A stretch of 64,000 bases of DNA from Spirochaetia bacterium. Its GTDB lineage: Bacteria; Spirochaetota; Spirochaetia; SZUA-6; Bin103. Shown here piece by piece: positions 1 through 9,886 of the stretch. A program made the translations under genes and the position numbers. How positions within the stretch are numbered: the stretch's first letter is position 1; each line of letters begins with the position of its first letter. The stretch covers positions 6,496,001-6,560,000 of the forward strand of contig CBDBDQ010000005.1 of assembly GCA_965203905.1 (NCBI GenBank), in the 5' to 3' direction. A model generated the notes under the pieces. It searched no databases and was not told where the DNA came from. It was given only the letters and a program-made list of their open reading frames with translations.

Positions 1-489
1 GTCGACCCAGTGGTTGATGCCGGAGGCAATGGTGGGCAGTGCAAACGAAACATCAAGGTTCACGTGGCGAGACTTAGGACACAGGCTCGACCGAACAGAG
101 TATTGGTGCTAGCCGATCTAGATCCAGAGGATTGTGCACCATGTATCAGAGAGCGGAAGGAAATAATAGGATCCGATGGCATCGACCTTGTTGTGATTGC
201 GCGACAGGCGATTGAATCATGGTTGCTGGCGGACACCGACGCAATGCAGAGGTGGTTGGATGACACCAACTTCTATGAAGCCAAGCCGGAACTGCCCAGG
301 GAAACGTCCTGGGATCGACGAAAGGAGATAAGTCGCGAAAGGGATCGGAGAGGGCCAGGGAAAAGCAGACTGGTATTTGCCAGAAAGATGGTCCGACGCT
401 ATCAATTCGATGTCGCTCGTGCAGCTCAACATCGACACTGTCCGAGCGCCCGCTACTTTGTCGACAGGTTGCGTCAGTTGGCTACCTGA
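1..489 (+). CDS. DUF4276-family (TOPRIM-like) protein, 5' end outside window
   Basis: Frame open from base 1; VLADLD, AIESWLLAD and C-terminal CPSARYF motifs typical of DUF4276/RloB-like proteins; lower GC than flanks. Confidence 0.6.
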   Translation, partial: VDPVVDAGGNGGQCKRNIKVHVARLRTQARPNRVLVLADLDPEDCAPCIRERKEIIGSDGIDLVVIARQAIESWLLADTDAMQRWLDDTNFYEAKPELPRETSWDRRKEISRERDRRGPGKSRLVFARKMVRRYQFDVARAAQHRHCPSARYFVDRLRQLAT

Positions 490-675
490 ATATACAACAG
501 GCAGTCTGGAAGCGGCCTGATTTCATGAGATCCTCGAGCGCCGTCACTGATCTGTGACATTGCCGAGGTCGGTCCGACAAGACTCTATCCGAGCCTTCGT
601 AAACGGATTCCTCCGTACCTGGCCCGCGGGGATGTCCTTTTCCTGTCGCAGCGGGTCTGGTACGCTGCACGCAAC

Positions 676-2118
676 GTGACGGGACGCCCCAACATCCTCT
701 GGATCTGCACCGATCAGCAGCGCTACGACACCATCGGCTGCCTGAACAATCCGCATATTGACACCCCGGTCCTCGACCGGCTCTGCGCCGAGGGCGTCGC
801 CTTCAGCCGCACCTACTGCCAGAGTCCGGTGTGCCAGCCGAGCCGGGCCAGCTTCCTCAGCGGCCTCTACCCCAACACCGTGCACGTGAACCGCAACGGC
901 AACAGCTATTTTCCCGCCAACGAGCGGGTGCGGCTGATCACGCGCCGCCTCGCCGACGTCGGCTACGACTGCGGCCTGGCCGGCAAGCTGCACCTGGCCT
1001 CGGCCTGGACCGGCGTCGAGGCGCGCGCCGACGACGGCTACCGGGTATTCCACTACAGCGTGTCCGCCACCCAGTTCGTGGGCCGCGGCAACGCCTACAG
1101 CGACTGGCTGCAGCAGATCGGGCGGCTGGACGAGGTGCTGGACACCAGCGTGGTCGACGAAGCCCGCAACCGCGGCGCCCGCTACCGTCCGGACGTTCCG
1201 GCGGAGCTGCACCAGACCACCTGGTGTGCCGACCGCGCCATCGACTTCATGAGCGAACACCGCGACGGGCCGTGGCTGATGAGCGTCAACATCTTCGACC
1301 CGCACGGTCCGTTCGACGCTCCCCTCTCCTACCGGCGCCCGTACGACGGACGGGAGCTGCCACCGGCGATCTACGCCGGACGCGACGCCGCGACGCAGGA
1401 ACGGTTGCAAGGCGCCTTTTTCCAGAGCGAACCGCAGCCGCCCGGGGAGCGGCAGCGACAGCAGAAGGCGAGCTACTACGGCATGGTCACGCTGATCGAC
1501 GAGCAGGTCGGGCGCATGCTGGAGGCCCTGGAAGCCACCGGCCAGCGTGACGACACCGTGGTGATCTTCACCTCCGACCACGGCGAGATGCTCGGCGACC
1601 ACGGCCTGACCGGGAAGGGCTGCCGCTTCTACGAGGGCGCGGTGCGGGTACCGCTGATCGTGTTGTGGCCTGGAGTATTCCAGTCCGGGGTGGTGGCGGA
1701 AGGTCTGGCGGAGCTCACCGACCTGGCGCCGACGCTGGCCGAGCTGGCCGGTCTGGAGCCGGGCTGGACCCACGGCCGCTCGCTGGTGCCGATCCTGACC
1801 GGGAAGGCCGATCCGGCCCACCACCGCCCGTTCGTGCGCTGCGAGTACTACGACGCGCTCAACATGTATCTGCCGCAGGAGCCGGGGCGCCACACCTCAT
1901 GCTGGGCGACCATGTACCGCGACGAACGCCACAAGCTGGTGAACTACCACGGCCTCGACCATGGCGAGCTGTACGATCTGGACGCCGATCCGGAGGAGAT
2001 CGACAACCTCTGGGAGCAGCCGGCCGCGGCCGCGCTGCGCGCGACCCTCACCCAGCGCAGCTTCGACGCCACGGTGGCGGCCTGCGATCCCGGACCCGCG
2101 CAGATCGGGCGCTTCTGA
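676..2118 (+). CDS. Cys-type (formylglycine) sulfatase, no signal peptide
   Basis: RPNILWICTDQQR, CQPSRASFLSG (CxPxR), GKLH, SDHGEMLGDHG. Confidence 0.95.
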   Translation: MTGRPNILWICTDQQRYDTIGCLNNPHIDTPVLDRLCAEGVAFSRTYCQSPVCQPSRASFLSGLYPNTVHVNRNGNSYFPANERVRLITRRLADVGYDCGLAGKLHLASAWTGVEARADDGYRVFHYSVSATQFVGRGNAYSDWLQQIGRLDEVLDTSVVDEARNRGARYRPDVPAELHQTTWCADRAIDFMSEHRDGPWLMSVNIFDPHGPFDAPLSYRRPYDGRELPPAIYAGRDAATQERLQGAFFQSEPQPPGERQRQQKASYYGMVTLIDEQVGRMLEALEATGQRDDTVVIFTSDHGEMLGDHGLTGKGCRFYEGAVRVPLIVLWPGVFQSGVVAEGLAELTDLAPTLAELAGLEPGWTHGRSLVPILTGKADPAHHRPFVRCEYYDALNMYLPQEPGRHTSCWATMYRDERHKLVNYHGLDHGELYDLDADPEEIDNLWEQPAAAALRATLTQRSFDATVAACDPGPAQIGRF

Positions 2119-2146
2119 GCCTACGGTCCAAGAATCGGCAGACCCA

Positions 2147-2836
2147 ATGGCATCCGGCATCACCCTCAGCGCTTCCGTGATCTGCGCCGATCCGCTGCAC
2201 CTGCAGCGCGACCTGGCGCTGCTGGCGGAGCACGGCTTCGCCCTGCACTTCGACATGATGGATGGCCACTTCGTGCCGGGGCTCGGCCTCCATCCGGGCC
2301 TGCTCGGCCGCATCACCGGCGCGCTGTCGGCGCCGGTCGACGTGCACCTGATGGTGAGTGATCCACTGCCATGGATCGAGCCGGTGGCCGCCGCCGGAGC
2401 GACCCTGGTGAGCTTTCACGTGGAAGCGCCGGCCGACGCCTACACCGTCCTGCACCGGATCCGTTGCGTGCGTACCGCTGCCGGCGGTGCGCTGCGGGCC
2501 GGGATCGCGCTGCGGCCGCTGACGCCGCTGGCCGCGCTGGAGCCGCTGCTGGAGCACGTCGACGCGGTGTTGCTGATGGCCTACGCGCCGGGCACCACCG
2601 GCCAGCCTCCCCTGCCTCGCTTCGCGGAGCGCATCGGCGCGCTGCGCCGGCTGCTGGAAGCGCACGGCCGGGACGCGGTGCAAATCATCGTCGACGGCGG
2701 CGTGTCGCAGGAGCTGCTGCCGCGCTACCGCGCCGCCGGCGCCGACGTGTTCGTGTTCGGCACCGCCGGCCTGTTCACCGGCACGGACCGCCTGGCCGCC
2801 AACATCGCCCGCATCAAGCGTCTCGCGGCAGGCTGA
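2147..2836 (+). CDS. rpe: Ribulose-phosphate 3-epimerase family protein
   Basis: SASVICAD, HFDMMDGHFVP, DVHLMV, FHVE, VDGGV; start set to ATG 2147. Confidence 0.85.
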   Translation: MASGITLSASVICADPLHLQRDLALLAEHGFALHFDMMDGHFVPGLGLHPGLLGRITGALSAPVDVHLMVSDPLPWIEPVAAAGATLVSFHVEAPADAYTVLHRIRCVRTAAGGALRAGIALRPLTPLAALEPLLEHVDAVLLMAYAPGTTGQPPLPRFAERIGALRRLLEAHGRDAVQIIVDGGVSQELLPRYRAAGADVFVFGTAGLFTGTDRLAANIARIKRLAAG

Positions 2837-2891
2837 CGGAGACTGACGGCCGCGCACGGGGCGCCGGGCTCGCGCGCCCGGCGCGGGCACC

Positions 2892-3737
2892 TCAGCCGGC
2901 CCTGCTCTCGGCGAGGCGGTTCGGGGTGCGCTCCAGGTGCTGCTGCGGCCAGACGATGCTGCGCCGGCGTGGGGTCAGGCGCGCCAGCAGCTCGGGGGAG
3001 GGCTGATAGCCGAAGCGGAAGTTGCCCCACGACGGCCCGTAGCGGTTCACCACGATGCGGCGCTCTCCGGGGTTGCGGCGGGGTGCCGAGCCGTGGGTGC
3101 AGCAGTCGACGAACAGCAGCGCGTCGCCGGCACCCAGGTGTACCTCGGTGCTGCCCTCGATCTCGGCGGCTGAAGGCCGCCCGTCGACTCCCATGGAGTA
3201 CTGTCTGAATTCGGGATGCTCGAAATTACTCTTGTGGGAACCGGGGATCAGCACCGTGCCGCCGTCTCCGGGGCCGATATCGGTCAGCGCCACGAGCACG
3301 TTGATCTGGTTGCAGTGGAACCTGCCCCCCAGGACGCGGAACTGGCAGCGGCTCAGGCCCAGGTGGCCGCCGTTGTGCAGGCCGATCGCCTCGCCGGGGC
3401 CGCGGAAGTTGGCAAAGTTCTCGTCGATGAACAGCGGCCCGTGGTGCTCGTCGAAGGTGCCCTCGCCGCCCACGAAGTGGCGCACCTTGTCGAACCACGC
3501 CGGGTGGTCGATCAGGCGCTCGAACGGTGTCCCCGCCTCGTAGATCTGCTGGTAGTTGAGGCCGTCGTGGTCGTCGAAGCTGTGGGCGTGCACGTAGCCG
3601 TACCACTCCCCCAGCGCCAGCCGCGGAATCGCGTCCAGGCAGGCGTTCAGTTCGCCGACCTCGGCTTGCGACAGGGCTCCCTCCAGCACCAGGAAGCCGC
3701 GCAGATCGAAGAGATAGATGTCGCGGTCGGTAACCAT
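2892..3737 (-). CDS. Phytanoyl-CoA dioxygenase (PhyH) family protein
   Basis: YLFDLRGFLVL, DGGTVLIPGSHK, GDALLF..CTHG; start set to ATG 3737. Confidence 0.88.
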   Translation of the reverse strand: MVTDRDIYLFDLRGFLVLEGALSQAEVGELNACLDAIPRLALGEWYGYVHAHSFDDHDGLNYQQIYEAGTPFERLIDHPAWFDKVRHFVGGEGTFDEHHGPLFIDENFANFRGPGEAIGLHNGGHLGLSRCQFRVLGGRFHCNQINVLVALTDIGPGDGGTVLIPGSHKSNFEHPEFRQYSMGVDGRPSAAEIEGSTEVHLGAGDALLFVDCCTHGSAPRRNPGERRIVVNRYGPSWGNFRFGYQPSPELLARLTPRRRSIVWPQQHLERTPNRLAESRAG

Positions 3738-3777
3738 TGGCAGTCGGCGGCGATCGTAGGCGCGGCCGTCACCGCGG

Positions 3778-4386
3778 TCAAGGCGCCGTGCCGCGGGCGC
3801 CGCCGGCACCGCCCGCGCGATCCAGCAGGCTGGTGACCATGCGCCAGGTCATGCCCCAGATGAGCTGGCGCCCGAAGCGGATCGCCGGCAGCCGGCGCGT
3901 GGCGCCGTCCGCCACGCGTTCCAGCGTAGCGCGGTTGCGGGTGTCGCTGAGGTGGGCGAGCGCAATCCAGTAAGCCGCGGTCACCTCCCCGGGATCCGGT
4001 TCCAGCGCGGGCGGCTCGGCGCCGGCGTAGAACACGAACGGCGCCACGCTGCCCGCCGTCGGCCGGCCGGCCCGGACCAGAGGAATCACCGGGCCCGCGC
4101 CGAGGTACTGGTAGCGTTCGAGCCGCAGTCCGACCTCTTCGCTCGTCTCCCGTACCGCGGCGTCCCACAGGCTGGCGTCGGCGGGGCTGACTCGTCCCCC
4201 GGGCAGCGCCATCTGGCCCGACCAGGGATCGCGCGGGTGCGTGGCCCGCTGAATGAAGCACAGGCTCAGGTCACGGTCCGCGCCCGCGAAGATCAGGGCC
4301 ACCGCGGCCTGTTCCAGGAGCGGCGCCGGCGGCCGCGGGTGCTCGCGACTGCCGGCCACGGCTCGCCGGATCGCGGCGACGGTCAC
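3778..4386 (-). CDS. NUDIX hydrolase, CoA pyrophosphatase-like
   Basis: DPWSGQMALPGGR, Nudix box AAVRETSEEVG, IWGMT; start uncertain. Confidence 0.88.
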   Translation of the reverse strand: MTVAAIRRAVAGSREHPRPPAPLLEQAAVALIFAGADRDLSLCFIQRATHPRDPWSGQMALPGGRVSPADASLWDAAVRETSEEVGLRLERYQYLGAGPVIPLVRAGRPTAGSVAPFVFYAGAEPPALEPDPGEVTAAYWIALAHLSDTRNRATLERVADGATRRLPAIRFGRQLIWGMTWRMVTSLLDRAGGAGGARGTAP

Positions 4387-4490
4387 TGGAGGAGTCCTTC
4401 GGTGCCGGAAGACACGACGCCGACAGTGTACCGCCGGGGGTCGGACCAGGGGCAATTGACTTGGCGTCGCGCTTGTACGATGCTCGCGTC

Positions 4491-5351
4491 ATGCTGAGTG
4501 AACAACAGGTGCAGTCATACCGCGAGGACGGCTACCTGGCGGTTCCCGGCGTGCTCAGCGCGGCGGAGGTCGCCGACCTGCAGCGCGTGACCGACGAGAT
4601 GGTGGAAGCCAGCCGCAGCGTGGAAGCGCATACCGATGTTTACGACCTGGAGCCCGGGCACTGCGCGGCGGAGCCGCGGGTGCGGCGCATCAAGTCCCCC
4701 GACCTGCAGCACGAGGTCTACGCCCGCACCCTGCGCCACCCGACCATCCTCGACATCGTCGAGCAGCTCGTCGGTCCCGGCGTGCGCTACCAGAGCAGCA
4801 AGCTCAACATGAAGGCGGCCGGCTACGGCAGCCCGGTGGAATGGCACCAGGACTGGGCCTTCTACCCGCACACCAACGACGACATCCTGGCGGTGGGAGT
4901 GTGCATCGACGGCATGAACGAGGAGAACGGCGGCATGCTGGTAGTGCCAGGCAGCCACCGCGGCCCGGTGTTCGACCATCACCAGGACGGCTATTTCGTG
5001 GGCGCCGTCACCGACAGCGAGGTGCCCGCCGAGCAGACGGTACAGCTCCAGGTCCCGGCCGGCGGCATCAGCCTGCACCACGTACGCACCCTGCACGGCT
5101 CGGTGCCCAACCGCTCGCCGCGGCCGCGCCGCCTGCTGCTGTTAGAGATGTGCGCCATCGATGCCTGGCCGCTGGCTAACATGACCGACCTGGACACGTT
5201 CAACGCCCGCATCCTGCGTGGGTCACCCACTCTCACGCCGCGCATGGAGGCGGTACCGGTGCGGATTCCGCTCCCCGGCCACGAGCGCCGCGGATCGATC
5301 TACGAGGTACAGAGCAAGCTGGCGCAGCCGGTGCTGGCCGGCGCCCGTTAA
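4491..5351 (+). CDS. Phytanoyl-CoA dioxygenase (PhyH) family protein
   Basis: YREDGYL, EWHQDWAF (HxD), ENGGMLVVPGSH, TLHGS. Confidence 0.92.
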   Translation: MLSEQQVQSYREDGYLAVPGVLSAAEVADLQRVTDEMVEASRSVEAHTDVYDLEPGHCAAEPRVRRIKSPDLQHEVYARTLRHPTILDIVEQLVGPGVRYQSSKLNMKAAGYGSPVEWHQDWAFYPHTNDDILAVGVCIDGMNEENGGMLVVPGSHRGPVFDHHQDGYFVGAVTDSEVPAEQTVQLQVPAGGISLHHVRTLHGSVPNRSPRPRRLLLLEMCAIDAWPLANMTDLDTFNARILRGSPTLTPRMEAVPVRIPLPGHERRGSIYEVQSKLAQPVLAGAR

Positions 5352-5371
5352 GGTCAAGGCAGGCGAGTCGC

Positions 5372-6283
5372 TCAGCCGCGATACTCGGTCGAGAGCTCCC
5401 GCTCCACCACCTCGCGGCGGTGGCCCTCCCAGTAGTACTGGAAGCGGTCCGACTTCCAACCGGCGTACACCTCTTCCCAGGTGACCCGGCCCTGGTGAAC
5501 GCCCAGGTTCTTGTTCATGATCTTGGCGTCGAACCTCTGGTAGCGGTAGTCGACCGACAGGCGGATGCGGTCGCCGGAGTGGTTGGGCAGGCCCTGGTGC
5601 ACGGTCTTGCTGTGGAAGAACAGGGTGTCGCCCGTTGCGAAGGGACTGGACATCCACTCGCCGTCGAGCCATTCCGACTCCACGCTGAGGCCGCCCGCCC
5701 CCTTCGCCTCGCGCACCGGCAGGATGCCGCGCTCATGCGACCCGCGCAGCACCGCCAGCCCGCCGAGCTGCGCCGGACAGGGCCCCAGGGGGATCCACGC
5801 GGTCCACACCTCGGGCGTGCCCTGCACCAGGATGAAGTCCTGGTGCGGAGGGGTGGTGAACTCCAGCTTGTTCGGGAACAAGACCCGGGCGATGGTGCTC
5901 GGCTGTGGCATCGCGGGCGCACCGAGCAACGCCTCCGCCACCTTCAGCAGCGCGGGATCGTGCGCCATGGTGTGGAACGACTCCAGCTTCTGGATGGTGT
6001 CGTAGATGGGATTGAACTCCGGCGTCCCTATGATCCGGGCTTCCTGGGTGGAGACCGCAGCGAGCGGATCGGTGCCGGCGTCGAGCCAGCCGACGTCATC
6101 GAGGATCGCGGTGATGTCGCTTCGCAACCGCCCGATGGCGTCCTCCGGCACCAGCCCGCGGATGAATACGTAGCCGTCGTCGCGCGCGCGTGCCCGCAGG
6201 TCGGCCGCTCGATCTACAAGGTCGTCGCTCACCGTGAACGGGACGCAGCGCCGCTGTTCGGTGCCGACCTGAACCATGGTCAT
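5372..6283 (-). CDS. Phytanoyl-CoA dioxygenase (PhyH) family protein
   Basis: DDGYVFIR, PPHQDF, WTAWIPL, GGLAVLRGSH, GDTLFFHSKTVH. Confidence 0.92.
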   Translation of the reverse strand: MTMVQVGTEQRRCVPFTVSDDLVDRAADLRARARDDGYVFIRGLVPEDAIGRLRSDITAILDDVGWLDAGTDPLAAVSTQEARIIGTPEFNPIYDTIQKLESFHTMAHDPALLKVAEALLGAPAMPQPSTIARVLFPNKLEFTTPPHQDFILVQGTPEVWTAWIPLGPCPAQLGGLAVLRGSHERGILPVREAKGAGGLSVESEWLDGEWMSSPFATGDTLFFHSKTVHQGLPNHSGDRIRLSVDYRYQRFDAKIMNKNLGVHQGRVTWEEVYAGWKSDRFQYYWEGHRREVVERELSTEYRG

Positions 6284-6444
6284 AGGCGCGATGATACCGT
6301 GGCGGCCGCCTCTGGCAACAGGACCTGTTGCCAGAAGCGATTGTGCGTTCACCGACCAACGACCGAGGTCGGCGCGCCACTGCTCGAACTCTTGCGCTCG
6401 TCCGGCGATTGACGCGGCGGACCGAGCGGCTGTTCAATGGCGGC

Positions 6445-7446
6445 GTGGAGTTCGCCAACCCGATCTACGACGTGGTGTTCAAGTACCTGATGCGGGATCA
6501 GCGCGTCGCCCGTATGCTGATCGGCAGGATCACCGGTCTGACGGTGGAGTCTCTGACGGTGAGCCCGCAGGAGACCGCCGTGCATCGCACGCCGGAGGCG
6601 CCGGACCACGGATTGCCGCTGACGCTGTTGCGGATGGACTTCGCGGCGCGGGTGCGCACCGACGACGGGAGCGAGCGACAGGTGCTGATCGAGATCCAGA
6701 AGGCGAAGGCGCCGACGGTGGTTGAGCGCTTCCGGCGCTACCTGGGACAGCAGATGAGCAGCCGCGAGAACGTGGTCACGCATGCGTCCGGGCGCACGGA
6801 GGCGGTGCCGATCGTGACGATCTACTTTCTGGGCTACGACCTCGGCGTGTCGGACGAGGCGGTGATCGACGTGTGCCCGCGGGTGACCGAGCGGCACACG
6901 GGCCGCGAGTTGGAGGCGAGCCATCCGCTGGTGGAGGGGATCCATCACCGCAGCCACATCATCCAGATACCGCGACTGGCGAGGCGGCGGCGCGACGAGT
7001 TGGAGCGCGTGCTGGCGATCTTCGATCAGGAGTTGGTGAAGGGCAACGGGCGCGGGGACGCGCACGTGCTGACGATCGCGGAGGGGGAGTATCCGGCGGA
7101 GTGCGGATTCGTGCTGAGGCAGTTGCGTGAGGCGATGGCGAAGGAGGAGGTGAGGCGCAACATGCAGGGTGAGGACCTGCTGTTGGAGGACTCGATACTG
7201 TTGGCGAAGCAGGTGGACCACCTGGAGCGGCAGTCCGAGCGGGAGCGGCAGCGCGCGGAGCAGGAAGGGCAACGGGCCGACCAGGAGCGGCAACGCGCGC
7301 AGAGAGCGGAGCAGGATCGGCAACAGGCGGAGTCGAGCCTGGTACGCGCGATCCGCCACCTGTACGGCCTCGGTCAGGAGGTCGACGCGATCGCCGCGGC
7401 GCTGGCGGTCGATCCGGAACGGGTGCGGCAAGTGCTCTCGGAGTAG
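6445..7446 (+). CDS. Rpn-like PD-(D/E)XK nuclease family protein with coiled-coil tail
   Basis: NPIYDVVFKYLM, RMDFAA, VLIEIQKAK; ERQRAEQ-type heptad repeats; IAAAL HTH-like end; start uncertain (GTG 6445). Confidence 0.75.
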   Translation: MEFANPIYDVVFKYLMRDQRVARMLIGRITGLTVESLTVSPQETAVHRTPEAPDHGLPLTLLRMDFAARVRTDDGSERQVLIEIQKAKAPTVVERFRRYLGQQMSSRENVVTHASGRTEAVPIVTIYFLGYDLGVSDEAVIDVCPRVTERHTGRELEASHPLVEGIHHRSHIIQIPRLARRRRDELERVLAIFDQELVKGNGRGDAHVLTIAEGEYPAECGFVLRQLREAMAKEEVRRNMQGEDLLLEDSILLAKQVDHLERQSERERQRAEQEGQRADQERQRAQRAEQDRQQAESSLVRAIRHLYGLGQEVDAIAAALAVDPERVRQVLSE

Positions 7447-7684
7447 GCGCGAGGCTGACTGGTATCCGATCCTGTTCACCGACAACCAACTGCGGCTACC
7501 GAATGCGCGACGGAAACGCGGTGAGTGCTACCTCAACTCGCTGCCGGCGGCAGCGGCACGGTCGGTTTGCCGTGACCGGTCAGCGATTGCCCACCGCGGG
7601 ACCGCGGGGGTGGTTGTTGCGCTGCGGCCGGGAATGACGTAGCGTGGACCCGTACTACTTGGTCGAACCACGAGGAGGTCGTAC

Positions 7685-7924
7685 ATGGCTGAGATCTCGG
7701 ACATCATCCTCAGTGAGATCGAGGGGAGCGGCATCGACGCCTCCGATCTGGGGGTGGAGATCAAGCGTGGCAAAGGGCTGTTCAACCGCCGCAAGGTACT
7801 CAACGTGTTCGGCGCGGTGCACTCCGAGCCGGACCACCAGGCGGTGCTGCGCGTCGTGCGGCGCCACGCCGGCGACAACTTCGACGTGACCGACTCGGTG
7901 GCGGTGCATCCGCGGCAGCACTGA
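7685..7924 (+). CDS. Small protein, possibly BON-domain-like
   Basis: AGGAGG RBS 7 nt before ATG; protein-like composition. Confidence 0.65.
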   Translation: MAEISDIILSEIEGSGIDASDLGVEIKRGKGLFNRRKVLNVFGAVHSEPDHQAVLRVVRRHAGDNFDVTDSVAVHPRQH

Positions 7925-7975
7925 GCGGTTGCCGCGCCGCGCCGTCCGCCCCACTGCACGGCGCCGGCGCGCGCT

Positions 7976-8818
7976 TCAGGCGGCTTCCGACCAGGACCGG
8001 AACCAGGCCGCGTACTGGGCCAGAACCGCGTCCGCGTCGTGCGGCTGCGTGCGGTTGTGGATTACTTCGACGGAGAAGCAGCCGTCGAATCCGGTGCCAT
8101 GGAGCAGTGCCAGCGGCGTCGCGTGATCGATCTGTCCGGAACCGATCGGTACGGTGTCGATCCGCTGCCGGTCGTCGGCGCGGTAGGCGCCGTCGTGAGC
8201 ATGGACATGAGCCGTCAGCATGCCGATTGCGGCGAACGTGTCGGCCGGTCGTTCCAGCATCCGCTGGGTGTGCATGAAGTCCCAGAGCACGCGCAGGTTG
8301 GGGTGGCCGGCGCGCTCCACCGCCGTTCGCACCGGCGCTGAAGCAGACCAGTCGTCGTGCGTCTCCAGCAATAACGTCACCCCGGCGGCCGCGGCCTCGG
8401 GCAGCACCTCGCGGTAGCCCTCGACCAGGTGCTCCACGTGGTGGTGAAGCTGCCACGGCTCGGTCCGCGGGCCGCCGAAGGTGCGTACCAGCGGGCACCC
8501 CAGGTCGGCGGCCAGCTCGATGCAGCGGCGCGTCTCCTCCAGGCAGGCGCGGCGCTCAGCGAGCGCGGTGGCCGCGAACCGCGCCCCCGAGGCCACGCAG
8601 CACACCGCCAGCCCGGCATCCTCCAGCCGCCGGCGGGCCTCCGCCCGTGCCGCCGCCGGCAGGTCGGTCTCCAGGCCGGCGCGGTGGCCCCAGCCCACGC
8701 GCGGCTCCAGCCCGGCATAGCCGTGCCGCAGCATGCCCTCGACGATGGTCGGGAGATCCCAGTCGGGGCACACGCTGGTCATCGTGGCAAGCTTCACCGA
8801 CTGCTCGCGCGGTGCCAT
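7976..8818 (-). CDS. Sugar phosphate isomerase/epimerase (xylose isomerase-like TIM barrel)
   Basis: GYAGLE, LAADLGCPLVR, LLETHD, LWDFMH, HVHAHD, FSVE; overlaps stop of upstream gene. Confidence 0.9.
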   Translation of the reverse strand: MAPREQSVKLATMTSVCPDWDLPTIVEGMLRHGYAGLEPRVGWGHRAGLETDLPAAARAEARRRLEDAGLAVCCVASGARFAATALAERRACLEETRRCIELAADLGCPLVRTFGGPRTEPWQLHHHVEHLVEGYREVLPEAAAAGVTLLLETHDDWSASAPVRTAVERAGHPNLRVLWDFMHTQRMLERPADTFAAIGMLTAHVHAHDGAYRADDRQRIDTVPIGSGQIDHATPLALLHGTGFDGCFSVEVIHNRTQPHDADAVLAQYAAWFRSWSEAA

Positions 8819-9885
8819 CAGCCGGCCGCCGCCGCGCTGCCGTAGCGCACACCCGTGGGGACCACGTCGGTCTCGCGGCCGGCGCGGATGGCGAGGGCCG
8901 CGTCCAGCGTGCTCCAGAAGTCGTGATCCGGTGCATAGCCGAGCAGCTCGCGCACCTTGGTGCGGTCGAACTCGAAGTAATTCGGGGACGGCATGCGGAC
9001 GTCGGCGTAGCCGACCCCGAGCCGCTCGGCCAGGGCCGGCACCAGCTCCTCCCACACGGTGAGCAGCCCGCCCACGGTGAACGCCTCGCCCACGGCGGCG
9101 TCGGCGTCAAGGGCCAGCGCCAGCCCCTTGGCGATGTCGCGCACGTCGCACCACTCCTGCTTGAAGGTGCGCCCGTCGGGGCAGCGGCAGACCAGCAGAC
9201 GCCTGCCCTCCTTCCAGGCGGCGTCGAGTTGCGCCCGCGCTTCCCGCTCCGCCGGCGACGGATCGGACAGCCCCCGCAGCCGCTCGCGATAGTGGGCCAC
9301 GCTCCAGTAGCGCGGAATGCCCTCCGCGTCGAGCAGCTCGCTCGGCTCCAGCACCGTGGTGAAGCGGCACACGACGGTGGGCACCCCGTACTGGTAGTGA
9401 TAGTTCATGCACAGCTCTTCGCCGATCCACTTGGTCAGGAAGTAGGGCATCGCCATGCTGTGGCTCACCTCGTGCTCGCGGATCGGCCGCTCGAACAGGC
9501 GGCCGTCATCCTCCGTGCGCCAGTACACCGCCTCGGTGCAGGCGTACACGAGGCGCTGCAGCTCCGGTGCATGGGCGCGGATCGCCTCCAGCAGGTGCAG
9601 CGTCCCCAGCCCGTTGATCTGCAGATACTCGATGTTGTCGTGCGGCGAGGCGAAGGCGGCGGCGATGTGGTACACGGCGTCGACGCCCCGCACCGCCCGC
9701 TGCACGGCGGCGTAGTCGCGCAGGTCGCCCTCCACCAGCTCGACGTTGGCGATGCCGTCCAGCTTGTGCACCCGGCTGGCGTCGCCGGGAAACACGAAGC
9801 CGCGGATCTCGTGCCCCTGCCGCAACAACCGGCGCACCAGGTTGGCGCCGATGCGTCCGTTGGAACCGGTGACCAGAATCCTCAC
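8818..9885 (-). CDS. NAD-dependent epimerase/dehydratase
   Basis: ILVTGSNGRIG, HIAA, YFLTK (YxxxK). Confidence 0.9.
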   Translation of the reverse strand: MRILVTGSNGRIGANLVRRLLRQGHEIRGFVFPGDASRVHKLDGIANVELVEGDLRDYAAVQRAVRGVDAVYHIAAAFASPHDNIEYLQINGLGTLHLLEAIRAHAPELQRLVYACTEAVYWRTEDDGRLFERPIREHEVSHSMAMPYFLTKWIGEELCMNYHYQYGVPTVVCRFTTVLEPSELLDAEGIPRYWSVAHYRERLRGLSDPSPAEREARAQLDAAWKEGRRLLVCRCPDGRTFKQEWCDVRDIAKGLALALDADAAVGEAFTVGGLLTVWEELVPALAERLGVGYADVRMPSPNYFEFDRTKVRELLGYAPDHDFWSTLDAALAIRAGRETDVVPTGVRYGSAAAAG

Positions 9886-9886
9886 T

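Noticed and set aside
7225-7335. Repetitive GAGCGG/CAGGA tract as possible CRISPR or DNA repeat
   Set aside because: Encodes coiled-coil heptads of the Rpn-like protein; no repeat-spacer structure
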